From an uncultured Bacteroidota bacterium (lineage in GTDB: Bacteria > Bacteroidota > Ignavibacteria > UBA10030 > UBA8401), in assembly GCA_963843065.1 (NCBI GenBank), contig CAWJKX010000196.1:1109-65108 (forward strand): DNA of 64,000 nucleotides, given 5' to 3'. The translations under genes were made by a program, and so were the position numbers. How positions within the stretch are numbered: position 1 is the first letter of the stretch; each line of letters begins with the position of its first letter. Positions 38,699 through 47,647 of this stretch are shown piece by piece. The notes below the pieces were generated by a model that worked only from the letters and a program-made list of their open reading frames with translations, was not told the origin of the DNA and ran no database searches.

Positions 38699-39589
38699 CT
38701 ATTTCGCCATCGAAGTATCACGGACTGCCAATTGCACTTTTGCCCACATTGTAAACGGCTCTCCCTGTCCGCCGGAGGATGATCTTCCACCACCGCCGCC
38801 GCCGCCCCGGTGTCCTCTTCCACCTCCACCCATGCCACTACCGCCGTAACCTCCGCCGCCGCCCATGCCGCCCCCCCCTCCGTAGCCGCCACCTTCAGAA
38901 ACGCCTTCCGAGGGCTTAGGCGAAGTTTTGTTCTGTGAAGTTTCAGCGCCAACTCCGATCAACGCGCCCGATTTTGTTCCGATCGCAAACGGACTGGAAG
39001 TTTTATCCGAAAGCGGAACTTTCAATTCATAGACAAGTACGCCGTTCGCTATTTTATACTTGGCTTCAATTCCCCCCGCTTCCGCGAACGTCATAGGGTG
39101 GTGATCATCTTTTCCCGGCCCTTCAATTTCGAGGTCGTCGGTCGGGATGTCTTTCTGAACGGTCGCAGACTGATTGTCTGCATCCGTCCCGTTATCTTTC
39201 CAGGGGCGCACAGCATCGAAACCCAGCGGATAGTGAACTCCAAATTTCTCATCTTTGCCCCCTTCGACATCAAACCAAAATGTAATTCCCCGCCTCGAGA
39301 CCTGATTTCGAAGGTTCCGATTGGTCGAGACGAGTCCTATATAAATAAATTCGGAATCGTTCATTATCCCGATCGAAGTTTCTTTGTCGTCAAGGAGCAC
39401 TAAGGAATTTCCCCACTCCGTATTTTTGCCGTCAATAACAACCGGACGGTTACGCCAATGGCTCTTGAGGTCGATCATTCCGCAGCCGGCCATGAAACAA
39501 AGAGCCATGATAAGCCCGTACCGAAAATTAATTCCCCGGGACCGTGCGCCGTCTCGTAACGCTGCGGCCATTGGTGCAAATGCTTTCAT
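38699..39589 (-). CDS. Probable lipoprotein with a Gly/Met/Tyr-rich C-terminal low-complexity tail
   Basis: About 296 aa from the ATG at 39589 (...LIMALCFMAGCGM). A globular beta domain follows (VVIDGKNTEWGNSLVLLDD...ITFWFD). The tail is GGGYGGGGGMGGGGGYGGSGMGGGGRGHRGGGGGGGRSSSGGQG, ending EPFTMWAKVQLAVRDTSMAK. Confidence 0.6.
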   Translation of the reverse strand: MKAFAPMAAALRDGARSRGINFRYGLIMALCFMAGCGMIDLKSHWRNRPVVIDGKNTEWGNSLVLLDDKETSIGIMNDSEFIYIGLVSTNRNLRNQVSRRGITFWFDVEGGKDEKFGVHYPLGFDAVRPWKDNGTDADNQSATVQKDIPTDDLEIEGPGKDDHHPMTFAEAGGIEAKYKIANGVLVYELKVPLSDKTSSPFAIGTKSGALIGVGAETSQNKTSPKPSEGVSEGGGYGGGGGMGGGGGYGGSGMGGGGRGHRGGGGGGGRSSSGGQGEPFTMWAKVQLAVRDTSMAK

Positions 39590-39843
39590 CGTGTAGATAC
39601 TTTCTCTGCAATTCAGGGTATAAGAAATTTGAGGATTACAATGATGCCCGTTTTTTCCGTGTGCCGGCACGACAAGAAACACAAACCTCCGGCAATCTGG
39701 CAACAAAAACGGATCACCCATTCCTGTGATTAGAACATCATCTCATAACAAAGGTTTAACTTTATAAACCGTGTTTTGAGAATGATTGATCCATAACCGG
39801 CTTATTTGCCTTCACCCTTTTTTGCATGTCGATGTTGACCGAC

Positions 39844-41184
39844 TCAACGGTGTTTCATGCTTTTGACGAACTCGCTCAAAATTGTGCGAAGGCTTGGCTC
39901 TCCGATTTCTTCCAGTTCGTACGTAACGCGGAGTGCCGGTTTTTTAATTTTCACAATGCGTTTCAGGTCGATCGGCGTTCCGATAATAACGACATCGCAC
40001 GGAACCTTATTGATCGTTGACTCAAGGTCCCGTATTTGCTGATCGCTGTAGCCCATCGCCGGCAGCAGTATGCCGATTTTGGGATATGTCTGATACGTTT
40101 TTTTGATTTCTCCCGTCGCATACGGACGCGGGTCGATAATCTCCGCCGCGCCAAATTTTTGAGCCGCAACGGTCCCGGCTCCGATTCTCATTTCACCATG
40201 AGTCAGCGTCGGCCCGTCTTCGATCACGAGCACCCTTTTTCCAGCCACCATCTCGCTCCGCTCGAGCATAATCGGCGATGCTGCATCGACGATTTTCGCT
40301 TTTGTATTGACACTGCGAATGTTTTCACGAAGTTTAATCACCGCTTCCGGCGTCGCAGAATCGATCTTGTTGATAATGACGACATCGGCCATGCGAAGGT
40401 TTGCTTCGCTCGGATAATATGTCAATTCATCGCCGGCTCGCAGCGGGTCCGCTACGACAATATGAACGTCAGGTTTATAGAACGGAAGATCGTTGTTCCC
40501 GCCGTCCCAAATGATGATATCGGCGTCGTTCTCGGCCTGCCGGAGAATCGCCTCATAGTCTACCCCCGCATAAATAATCGTTCCGCTGACGATGTGCGGT
40601 TCGTATTCCTCCATCTCTTCAATCGTGCATTTATGTTTTTTCAAATCGGCAACGGCCGCAAAACGCTGCACTTTTTGCTTTTCGAGATCGCCGTACGGCA
40701 TCGGGTGGCGGACGGCCGCAACGCGGAACCCGAATTCATGCAGCAATTTCGCTACCTTCCTGCAGGTTTGACTTTTACCGCTTCCCGTGCGCACCGCACA
40801 GACGGAAATCACCGGCTTGCTGCTTTCAATCATCGTTTCGCGGGCGCTTAAAAGTTTAAAATGCGCTCCCGCAGCGATCGCGCGCGAGCCGATGCTCATC
40901 ACGCGGCGGTACGGAACATCGCTGTATGAAAAGACAACCTCGTCCACGCTGTGTGTAACGATCAACTGCTCAAGGTCTTTTTCCTCGTAGATTGGAATTC
41001 CTTTCGGGTACAACGCTCCCGCCAGTGAGGCCGGGTATTTCCTTCCGGCAATATTGGGAATTTGTGCCGCGGTAAAAGCGACGACGTTATACTGCTCGTT
41101 GTCGCGGTAGACCATATTGAAGTTATGAAAATCACGTCCCGCCGCTCCAACGATAATTGTGTTGATCCGTTTGTGTTCAGACAT
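39844..41184 (-). CDS. COG2403-family P-loop protein (often annotated GTPase / cyclic 2,3-diphosphoglycerate synthase-like)
   Basis: 446 aa. N-terminus IIVGAAGRDFHNFNMVYRDNEQYNVVAFTAAQIP. P-loop AVRTGSGKSQT. Also VRHPMPYGDL and CTIEEMEEYEP. Confidence 0.7.
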   Translation of the reverse strand: MSEHKRINTIIVGAAGRDFHNFNMVYRDNEQYNVVAFTAAQIPNIAGRKYPASLAGALYPKGIPIYEEKDLEQLIVTHSVDEVVFSYSDVPYRRVMSIGSRAIAAGAHFKLLSARETMIESSKPVISVCAVRTGSGKSQTCRKVAKLLHEFGFRVAAVRHPMPYGDLEKQKVQRFAAVADLKKHKCTIEEMEEYEPHIVSGTIIYAGVDYEAILRQAENDADIIIWDGGNNDLPFYKPDVHIVVADPLRAGDELTYYPSEANLRMADVVIINKIDSATPEAVIKLRENIRSVNTKAKIVDAASPIMLERSEMVAGKRVLVIEDGPTLTHGEMRIGAGTVAAQKFGAAEIIDPRPYATGEIKKTYQTYPKIGILLPAMGYSDQQIRDLESTINKVPCDVVIIGTPIDLKRIVKIKKPALRVTYELEEIGEPSLRTILSEFVKSMKHR

Positions 41185-41217
41185 ATAAATCTCCTTATGG
41201 AATATTGTTGTTCGGTA

Positions 41218-42414
41218 TCAGGACAGCGATTGAATAGCTTTTGCTATTCGGGCGCATGCCCAGTCGATTTCCTTTTTTGTGATGATAAGAGGCGGAGCGA
41301 AACGAATGACATTTTCGTGCGTCTCTTTGCAGAGAATATTTTCCTTCATAAGCGCTTCACAGTAGGGGCGCGCATTTGTGTCGAGGACGAGCCCGATCCA
41401 CAACCCTTTTCCCCGGATTTCTTTTATATGGGGATTTTTGATAGCACGCAGTTTTTCGATAAAATAATTCCCGAGTTTCAGAGACCGGGCAATCAGTTTT
41501 TCTTTCACCAATACTTTCAGCGCTGCGCACGCAACGGCAGCTGCAAGCGGGTTGCCGCCGAACGTCGAACCGTGATCTCCCGGGGTGAAGACGCCGAGAA
41601 TTTCTTTGCTCGACAGCACGGCTGAGACAGGGTAAAAACCGCCTGCAAGCGCTTTCCCGATAATTACCATGTCGGGGCGGATATTTTCGTATTCAAACGC
41701 GAACAGTTTGCCGCACCGGCCAAGGCCGGATTGAATTTCATCGGCAATAAAGAGAACGTTGTTTTCCTTACACAGCCGTGCCGCCTCCCGTAAATATCCC
41801 TCCGGCGGAAGGACGATTCCGGCTTCGCCTTGAATCGGTTCTACAAGAAACGCCGCCGTATTTTTGTTGATGGCTCGCTTCAATTCACCGGCGTCGCCGT
41901 ACTTCACAACCGGGAATCCGGGTGTGAACGGGCCGAAGCCGTTTCGGTATTGTGCCTCGGTAGAGAAACTGATGATTGTTGTCGTCCGTCCGTGGAAGTT
42001 GTCCGTCGCGCAGATGATCTCCGCTTTATTTTCCGGAATTCCTTTCACGGTGTAACCCCACTTCCGCGCCGCCTTGACGGCAGTTTCCACCGCTTCCACG
42101 CCGGTATTCATCGGCAGCGAAGCTTCGTAGCCCGTTAACTCATGAAGCATTTTGTATAACAACGGAAGCCGGTCGTTGCGAAACGCCCGGCTCGTCAACG
42201 TAACTTTTTTCGCCTGGTCGATAAACGCCTTAAGAATAGCGGGGTGACAATGCCCCTGGTTGACGGCAGAATACGCCGCAAGGCAATCGAGATATTTCTT
42301 CCCGTCGACGTCAGTCACCCAAGAACCTTTCGCTTTGTGCACGACAACGTCGAGAGGACGGTAGTTGTGAGCGCCGTATCGCTCTTCGAGTGAGATATAG
42401 TCTTGAGTCTTCAT
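41218..42414 (-). CDS. rocD: Ornithine aminotransferase (class III PLP aminotransferase)
   Basis: 398 aa from the ATG at 42414. YGAHNYRPLDVVVHKAKGSWVTDVDGKKYLDCLAAYSAVNQGHCHP is OAT-like. Also DEIQSGLGRCGKLFAFE and GDHGSTFGGNPLA. Confidence 0.85.
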   Translation of the reverse strand: MKTQDYISLEERYGAHNYRPLDVVVHKAKGSWVTDVDGKKYLDCLAAYSAVNQGHCHPAILKAFIDQAKKVTLTSRAFRNDRLPLLYKMLHELTGYEASLPMNTGVEAVETAVKAARKWGYTVKGIPENKAEIICATDNFHGRTTTIISFSTEAQYRNGFGPFTPGFPVVKYGDAGELKRAINKNTAAFLVEPIQGEAGIVLPPEGYLREAARLCKENNVLFIADEIQSGLGRCGKLFAFEYENIRPDMVIIGKALAGGFYPVSAVLSSKEILGVFTPGDHGSTFGGNPLAAAVACAALKVLVKEKLIARSLKLGNYFIEKLRAIKNPHIKEIRGKGLWIGLVLDTNARPYCEALMKENILCKETHENVIRFAPPLIITKKEIDWACARIAKAIQSLS

Positions 42415-42577
42415 AGATGAGTTCCATGCTCTTAGTGAGAGAATATGCCAAAACAATAATGAACCGCAGCAGGAACAACGATGAAGAAGTCAGGTCAAAT
42501 TGAGGTAATATGCGACCAGCGCTGTATCGAAAAGCGCGGGTGTTGGAGTCCCGGCATGATAAGATTTTAATGCAGTG

Positions 42578-43495
42578 TTATTCATGTTCAAACAAAAGCG
42601 TAAGCAATGCCATACGAACGTATAAACCGTTGCGCGATTGGCGAAAATAGACCGCCCGAGGATCATCGTCCACCCCGGGGTCGATTTCCACCGACCGGGG
42701 AAGCGGATGCATGATAACGGCGTTCGACTTCATTTTTTTCAGCACACCGGCATTGATGTTGTACGCAGAAAGGTCGATATCGCTCCGCAGGAGCCGCTCG
42801 CGGTCGATGTGCGTTTGATACACAACGTCGATCTGAGAAAGAATTTTTTCCGGGCTTTCCGCCAATTCGTACTCAACTCTATGATGTTCCAAGTACGCCA
42901 AGATATCCGGTTTGATTTGCATTTCCTTCGGTGCAATGAAATAGAGCTTCACACGTTCAAATTTACTAAGCAGGTACGCCAGCGAGCGCGCTGTGCGCCC
43001 TTCATCCAGGGCTCCGATAAGCGCAACCGAAAGACCGTTCAATGCTTTACATTCTCGGTAGATAGTGTAAAGGTCGAGGAGCGCCTGCGTCGGATGCTGG
43101 CCGCCGGCCCCTTCACCCGCATTGATGACCGGAACAGCTGCAACGGCAGCAGCTCGCTTCGCAGCGCCTTCTTCCGTATGACGGAGAACGATGACATCGC
43201 TGCAGCTTGAGATGATACGAATTGTATCTTCCAGATGCTCACCCTTCACCTCGGAAGAGAATTCATTCGCCCGTTCCGTCGAGAGAACGCTCCCGCCAAG
43301 CCTATGCATCGCCGCTTCGAACGAAAACCGTGTTCTGGTTGATGGCCGGTAAAACAGCGTCGCCATGATTTTATTTTCATAGTCGCGCGTCCCTCCTCGG
43401 ACAACGACCTTTTCCATCTGCTGCGTCCTTTCAAACAACTCCATCAACAGCGGAACCGTAAACTGTTGTGATTCGATGACGTGCTTCAGGTGCAT
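42578..43495 (-). CDS. Aspartate carbamoyltransferase-fold protein (PyrB-like) with atypical second-substrate residues
   Basis: 305 aa. Has PSTRTRFSFEAA, VLRH, GGQHPTQALLD, GRTARS and MHPLPR. The canonical T-R-x-Q-x-E-R position reads QTHIDRER. No pyrI gene is adjacent. Confidence 0.75.
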   Translation of the reverse strand: MHLKHVIESQQFTVPLLMELFERTQQMEKVVVRGGTRDYENKIMATLFYRPSTRTRFSFEAAMHRLGGSVLSTERANEFSSEVKGEHLEDTIRIISSCSDVIVLRHTEEGAAKRAAAVAAVPVINAGEGAGGQHPTQALLDLYTIYRECKALNGLSVALIGALDEGRTARSLAYLLSKFERVKLYFIAPKEMQIKPDILAYLEHHRVEYELAESPEKILSQIDVVYQTHIDRERLLRSDIDLSAYNINAGVLKKMKSNAVIMHPLPRSVEIDPGVDDDPRAVYFRQSRNGLYVRMALLTLLFEHE

Positions 43496-43516
43496 TGCGT
43501 GCTCCGTTTCAGAATT

Positions 43517-44458
43517 TCAGGGAAAAATATGCGTACCGGTTTTTCCATCCACCGCATCGATAAGACATTCGAATGAAGTGATAATCGCTTCCTTTCCCCC
43601 TTTTTTGAGAAAGCGTATCGCCGATTCGACTTTGGGCCCCATACTGCCGGCTGCAAACTGCTTTTCAGCGAGATGCTTTTCCATTTCTTTCACCGTTGTT
43701 TTCTCCACCGCGCGCTGCGCCGGTTTTTTGAAATCAAGATAGACTTGTTTCACATCAGTGCTGATGATGAAGAGGTCGGCGGCCAGACTCGACGCGAGAA
43801 GCGCTGAGGCGCGGTCTTTATCGATTACTGCTTCAGAGCCAAGAACGAGATAGTGCTCCTTTTCGATGACAGGAATTCCACCGCCTCCGACGGCGATAAC
43901 AATCATGTTAAGGTCAAGAATTTTACGGATAATATCCTGTTCGAATACTTCAACAGGTTCCGGTGAAGGAACAACTCTCCGGTAGCCGCGTGCAGAATCT
44001 TCGACAATATTCCAGCCGAGAGTTCTTTGTTTTTCTTCCGCGTCTGTTTTTGAATAGAACGGTCCGATCGGTTTTGTTGGATTTTTGAATGCAGGATCGT
44101 TTTCATCGACACGTACTTGCGTGAGGACAGTCATGACCGGTGTGAAGAGGCCGATCTGGCGCAATTCATATTCCATTGCGCGCTGAATAATATAGCCGAT
44201 CTCGCTCTGCGTCGTCGCAACGCAGATGTCGAGAGGATGCGTGTATACTTCACCGGCCGCGCGCTCCGAACGAAGGAGAGCGGCACCGACCTGAGGACCG
44301 TTGCCATGCGTAATCACCAGCCGCCATCCGCGGGCGACCAGCTGTACGATGTTTCGCGCTGTCGCGTGGGCGTTTGCAAGCTGTTCGCCAATCGTCCCTC
44401 GCTCGCCCGCATGAATAAGAGAATTTCCGCCGATCGCTATGAGAGCCGTTTTGGACAT
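43517..44458 (-). CDS. arcC: Carbamate kinase
   Basis: 313 aa. IAIGGNSL, ITHGNGPQVG, VIAVGGGGIPV and the C-terminus SAIRFLKKGGKEAIITS. Confidence 0.9.
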   Translation of the reverse strand: MSKTALIAIGGNSLIHAGERGTIGEQLANAHATARNIVQLVARGWRLVITHGNGPQVGAALLRSERAAGEVYTHPLDICVATTQSEIGYIIQRAMEYELRQIGLFTPVMTVLTQVRVDENDPAFKNPTKPIGPFYSKTDAEEKQRTLGWNIVEDSARGYRRVVPSPEPVEVFEQDIIRKILDLNMIVIAVGGGGIPVIEKEHYLVLGSEAVIDKDRASALLASSLAADLFIISTDVKQVYLDFKKPAQRAVEKTTVKEMEKHLAEKQFAAGSMGPKVESAIRFLKKGGKEAIITSFECLIDAVDGKTGTHIFP

Positions 44459-44588
44459 GCTGCCTTTCCCGTTACTCCTGCATGTTGTGAGGTGTTCGTT
44501 ATGCGCTTTATGTTATACGTGAAAAATGAACTCGTAGAATCTTTTGGAACGTATAGCTCAAAACGTAAAACATATAACCTACAACATC

Positions 44589-45515
44589 CTACCCCTTCAT
44601 CAACTGGTACATGATCGCCTTCTGAGCATGGAGCCGGTTCTCCGCTTCGTCGAAGACCACAGATTGCTTCGAGTCGATCACTTCGTCCGTTACCTCGTCG
44701 CCCCGGTGAGCGGGCAAACAGTGCATAAAAATTGCGTCCTTCTTCGCCTTGGACATTAATGCGGTGTTCACTTGATACGGAAGAAAGATTTTTTTGCGTT
44801 CTTCAGCTTCCGATTCCTGTCCCATCGATGCCCAGACATCCGTGTACACAACGTCGGCATTTTTCACTCCCTCAAAAGGATCATGCACAACTTCGATCCG
44901 TGCACCTGTTGCTTTTGCATCGTCTGTTGCTTGTTCCGTCGCGGTCAAGCTAGGCTCATAGCCGGCAGGGCACGCTACGGTTACGCTCACACCAAGCCGT
45001 GCGCCTGCAAACATAAGCGAATGGGCAACGTTGTTGCCGTCGCCCACGTAGCAGAGCTTCAATCCTTTCAGTTTCTTCTTTTTCTCCTGGATTGTCATGA
45101 AGTCTGCCATGGCCTGGCACGGATGAGAGTAGTCGGTGAGGCCATTGATCACCGGAATCGACGCATGCTTTGCCATGTCGATTACAATTTGATGGGCAAA
45201 CGTTCGAATCATGATTCCCTGTACCATCCGCTCAAGGTTTTTTGCAACATCGTAAACCGATTCGCGTTTTCCAAGGCTGATTTCCGCCGGCGACAAATAG
45301 AGCGAGAAGCCGCCGAGCTGCTGGATGCCGACGTCAAACGATGTGCGCGTGCGCAACGACGGTTTTTCAAAAATGAGCGCAAGTGTCTTGCCCTCCAGCG
45401 CTTTACTATATTTTTTCCTGTTAGCTTTCATCTTGCGGGCAAGAACAAATGTCGCGAGAATTTCTTTCGAGGTCATATCCCTAACTGAGAGAAAATCGTG
45501 TGCTTTCACGGACAA
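44589..45515 (-). CDS. argF: Ornithine carbamoyltransferase
   Basis: 308 aa. FEKPSLRTRTSF, HPCQAMADF, DVWASMGQE (D-x-x-x-SMG) and FMHCLPAHRGDEV. Confidence 0.9.
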   Translation of the reverse strand: MSVKAHDFLSVRDMTSKEILATFVLARKMKANRKKYSKALEGKTLALIFEKPSLRTRTSFDVGIQQLGGFSLYLSPAEISLGKRESVYDVAKNLERMVQGIMIRTFAHQIVIDMAKHASIPVINGLTDYSHPCQAMADFMTIQEKKKKLKGLKLCYVGDGNNVAHSLMFAGARLGVSVTVACPAGYEPSLTATEQATDDAKATGARIEVVHDPFEGVKNADVVYTDVWASMGQESEAEERKKIFLPYQVNTALMSKAKKDAIFMHCLPAHRGDEVTDEVIDSKQSVVFDEAENRLHAQKAIMYQLMKG

Positions 45516-45547
45516 ACTCCTTCATAATCATACATGCGTGGAATTGC

Positions 45548-47584
45548 TTACTTCAACAGGGTCATTTTTTTTGATTGAATGAATTGGCCGGCCCGCAAGC
45601 GGTAGAAATATATCCCGCTCGGCAGATTGCCGGCGTTCCATGGTATTGTGTACGTGCCCGGATTCATCGTCGTATTCGCAAGTGTTGCTACTTCTTTTCC
45701 AAGAACATCATATATTTTCAACGTGATAAGCCGTGCATCGGCAATCGAAAATTCAATACGCGTTGCAGGGTTAAATGGGTTGGGATAATTTTGTTCAAGC
45801 TGATAGCTCAATGGATGGAGACTGGCACCAGACGTTCTCGTCGACGCCACCGTACTATCTTCTTTCAAAACGATATCATTATTGGGGTCGAATACGACAG
45901 CTGTGACGCTCTTGTTGAACATGAAACTGAAATCTTGTTTGTTTGCAGTGTTCATCACTCGGACGGTCGTGTCCTGGCCGCTGCCAAACGAGAATTTCAA
46001 TTCAACCGGCATAGTAAAAAACTGAGCGTTTGTTTGGATCTGATTCATCGTCACGCCAACTTCATGCCCTGCAGGATCTATCGAGTACGTGTTTTGGTAA
46101 ACCGGATGGTTTGCCCCCTTGACCCATTCATCAAAGAACCAATGCAGGTCCTGGCCCGATACATTGCTTATCTTTTGAATGAAGTCATTGGTCGTCGCGT
46201 TCTTCAGCCGAAAATTTATTGAGTCGGCCGCATACCCTTTTATCGAAGCAAAGAAGAGAGAATCGCCCAGCACATAGCGAAGCATGTGAAGAACACAGGC
46301 TCCCTTGTCATAGGTGATTGCAACGTTGAACATTGTATTGACATCGGGTGTTGATACAGCCCATTCGGGGTTGTAAATGGGCCAGCCCGGATTCTCATAG
46401 AGATATTGGCTTGCATCGAGGAGTATTGTATTTTTGTACGCCGGGTAGTCTCCAGTGTATTCGTCCCACAACGCCTCACAATATGTGGCAAAACCCTCAT
46501 TGAGCCAAACGTCGGCCCACGTCCCGGGGCTAATCATATCTCCGAACCAATGATGTGCAAACTCATGCGACACCAGATCCTCATCCCAGCTATTCGGCTC
46601 CAGGCTAACGAGTGTCTGATTTTCCATGCCGCCCCAAATAAAGCCCGCTCCCTGTGCGATCGTAGCCAAACCAATTTTTTCGAATGGATACTCGCCAAAG
46701 AGCGCTGAGTAGTGTGTTGCCATCGGAAGAATTAATGTTTCGATGTCCTTAAGAGATGCAACAGATTCTCCGCTGTTCCAGTAAAACAGAACCGGAATGC
46801 TGTCGTTCGCGTTTGAAAGTTTTCTCCAATACTCTTTGTCAAGATTGTAATCGACTTTGCCCGTCATTACCATCAAGTACGTTGCAATCGGGTCGCGGCT
46901 TATCCAGTGGTAATAAATCGAGCCGCCTACGTTTGTCGAGTCGGCCAACCTCCCGTTAGACCCCAATTTTACCGTTGCAGGAACTTTTGCCGTTAAATCG
47001 AGCGTCGCTTTGTCCGATGGACGGTCCCAGCAGGGGAACCATTTCCTCGCCCCTTCCGGTTCACAATCGGTAAAAACCATTCCGTTGAACGTATAAAAAG
47101 CGCCGTCTGCAATATTGTTATGACGGTAATATATTTTTACACTGAGAGTGTCGTTCGGTTGATACGTCGAATCAAATGTGATCGTTAGAATATCTGCTGC
47201 TTGTGAAAATTTCTCGGCGGGTAATGAAACGGAATCAATCATCAACGATGCGTTAACAGCGTTCAATTGGATTGCGTTGAGCGCGGAATCAACTTTAAAT
47301 GTTATTGTATTTGTTGCGGTATACGAATTAGGGTACGGCGAGATGAAACAACTATCGATATCGAGGAAGAGTGTATAATTCAGGACGTCAAACGAATGTT
47401 GCGGCGTATTGGGGGATAATTCTTTCATAAACTGACCGTACTGCTTTATCCGTTTCAGCGAACAACGTTCCGCCCCGCTCAAGTGCCGCTCCTGCGAAAA
47501 CATCACGTTTGCACACAAGATTATTGTCACAATGAAATTCTTGAACAACCCAAAATCTCTTGTTAAATACCGATGCTTCATCAT
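45548..47584 (-). CDS. M1 family aminopeptidase with T9SS C-terminal sorting domain
   Basis: 678 aa. GGMENQT, HEFAHHWFGD and WLNEGFATY. C-terminus LEQNYPNPFNPATRIEFSI...IYFYRLRAGQFIQSKKMTLLK. Confidence 0.9.
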   Translation of the reverse strand: MMKHRYLTRDFGLFKNFIVTIILCANVMFSQERHLSGAERCSLKRIKQYGQFMKELSPNTPQHSFDVLNYTLFLDIDSCFISPYPNSYTATNTITFKVDSALNAIQLNAVNASLMIDSVSLPAEKFSQAADILTITFDSTYQPNDTLSVKIYYRHNNIADGAFYTFNGMVFTDCEPEGARKWFPCWDRPSDKATLDLTAKVPATVKLGSNGRLADSTNVGGSIYYHWISRDPIATYLMVMTGKVDYNLDKEYWRKLSNANDSIPVLFYWNSGESVASLKDIETLILPMATHYSALFGEYPFEKIGLATIAQGAGFIWGGMENQTLVSLEPNSWDEDLVSHEFAHHWFGDMISPGTWADVWLNEGFATYCEALWDEYTGDYPAYKNTILLDASQYLYENPGWPIYNPEWAVSTPDVNTMFNVAITYDKGACVLHMLRYVLGDSLFFASIKGYAADSINFRLKNATTNDFIQKISNVSGQDLHWFFDEWVKGANHPVYQNTYSIDPAGHEVGVTMNQIQTNAQFFTMPVELKFSFGSGQDTTVRVMNTANKQDFSFMFNKSVTAVVFDPNNDIVLKEDSTVASTRTSGASLHPLSYQLEQNYPNPFNPATRIEFSIADARLITLKIYDVLGKEVATLANTTMNPGTYTIPWNAGNLPSGIYFYRLRAGQFIQSKKMTLLK

Positions 47585-47647
47585 AACGGCTATGTTCTCT
47601 CGGTAAATATAACAATTTTTTCTCTTTGTCTCCCGCTCTTATTTGAT

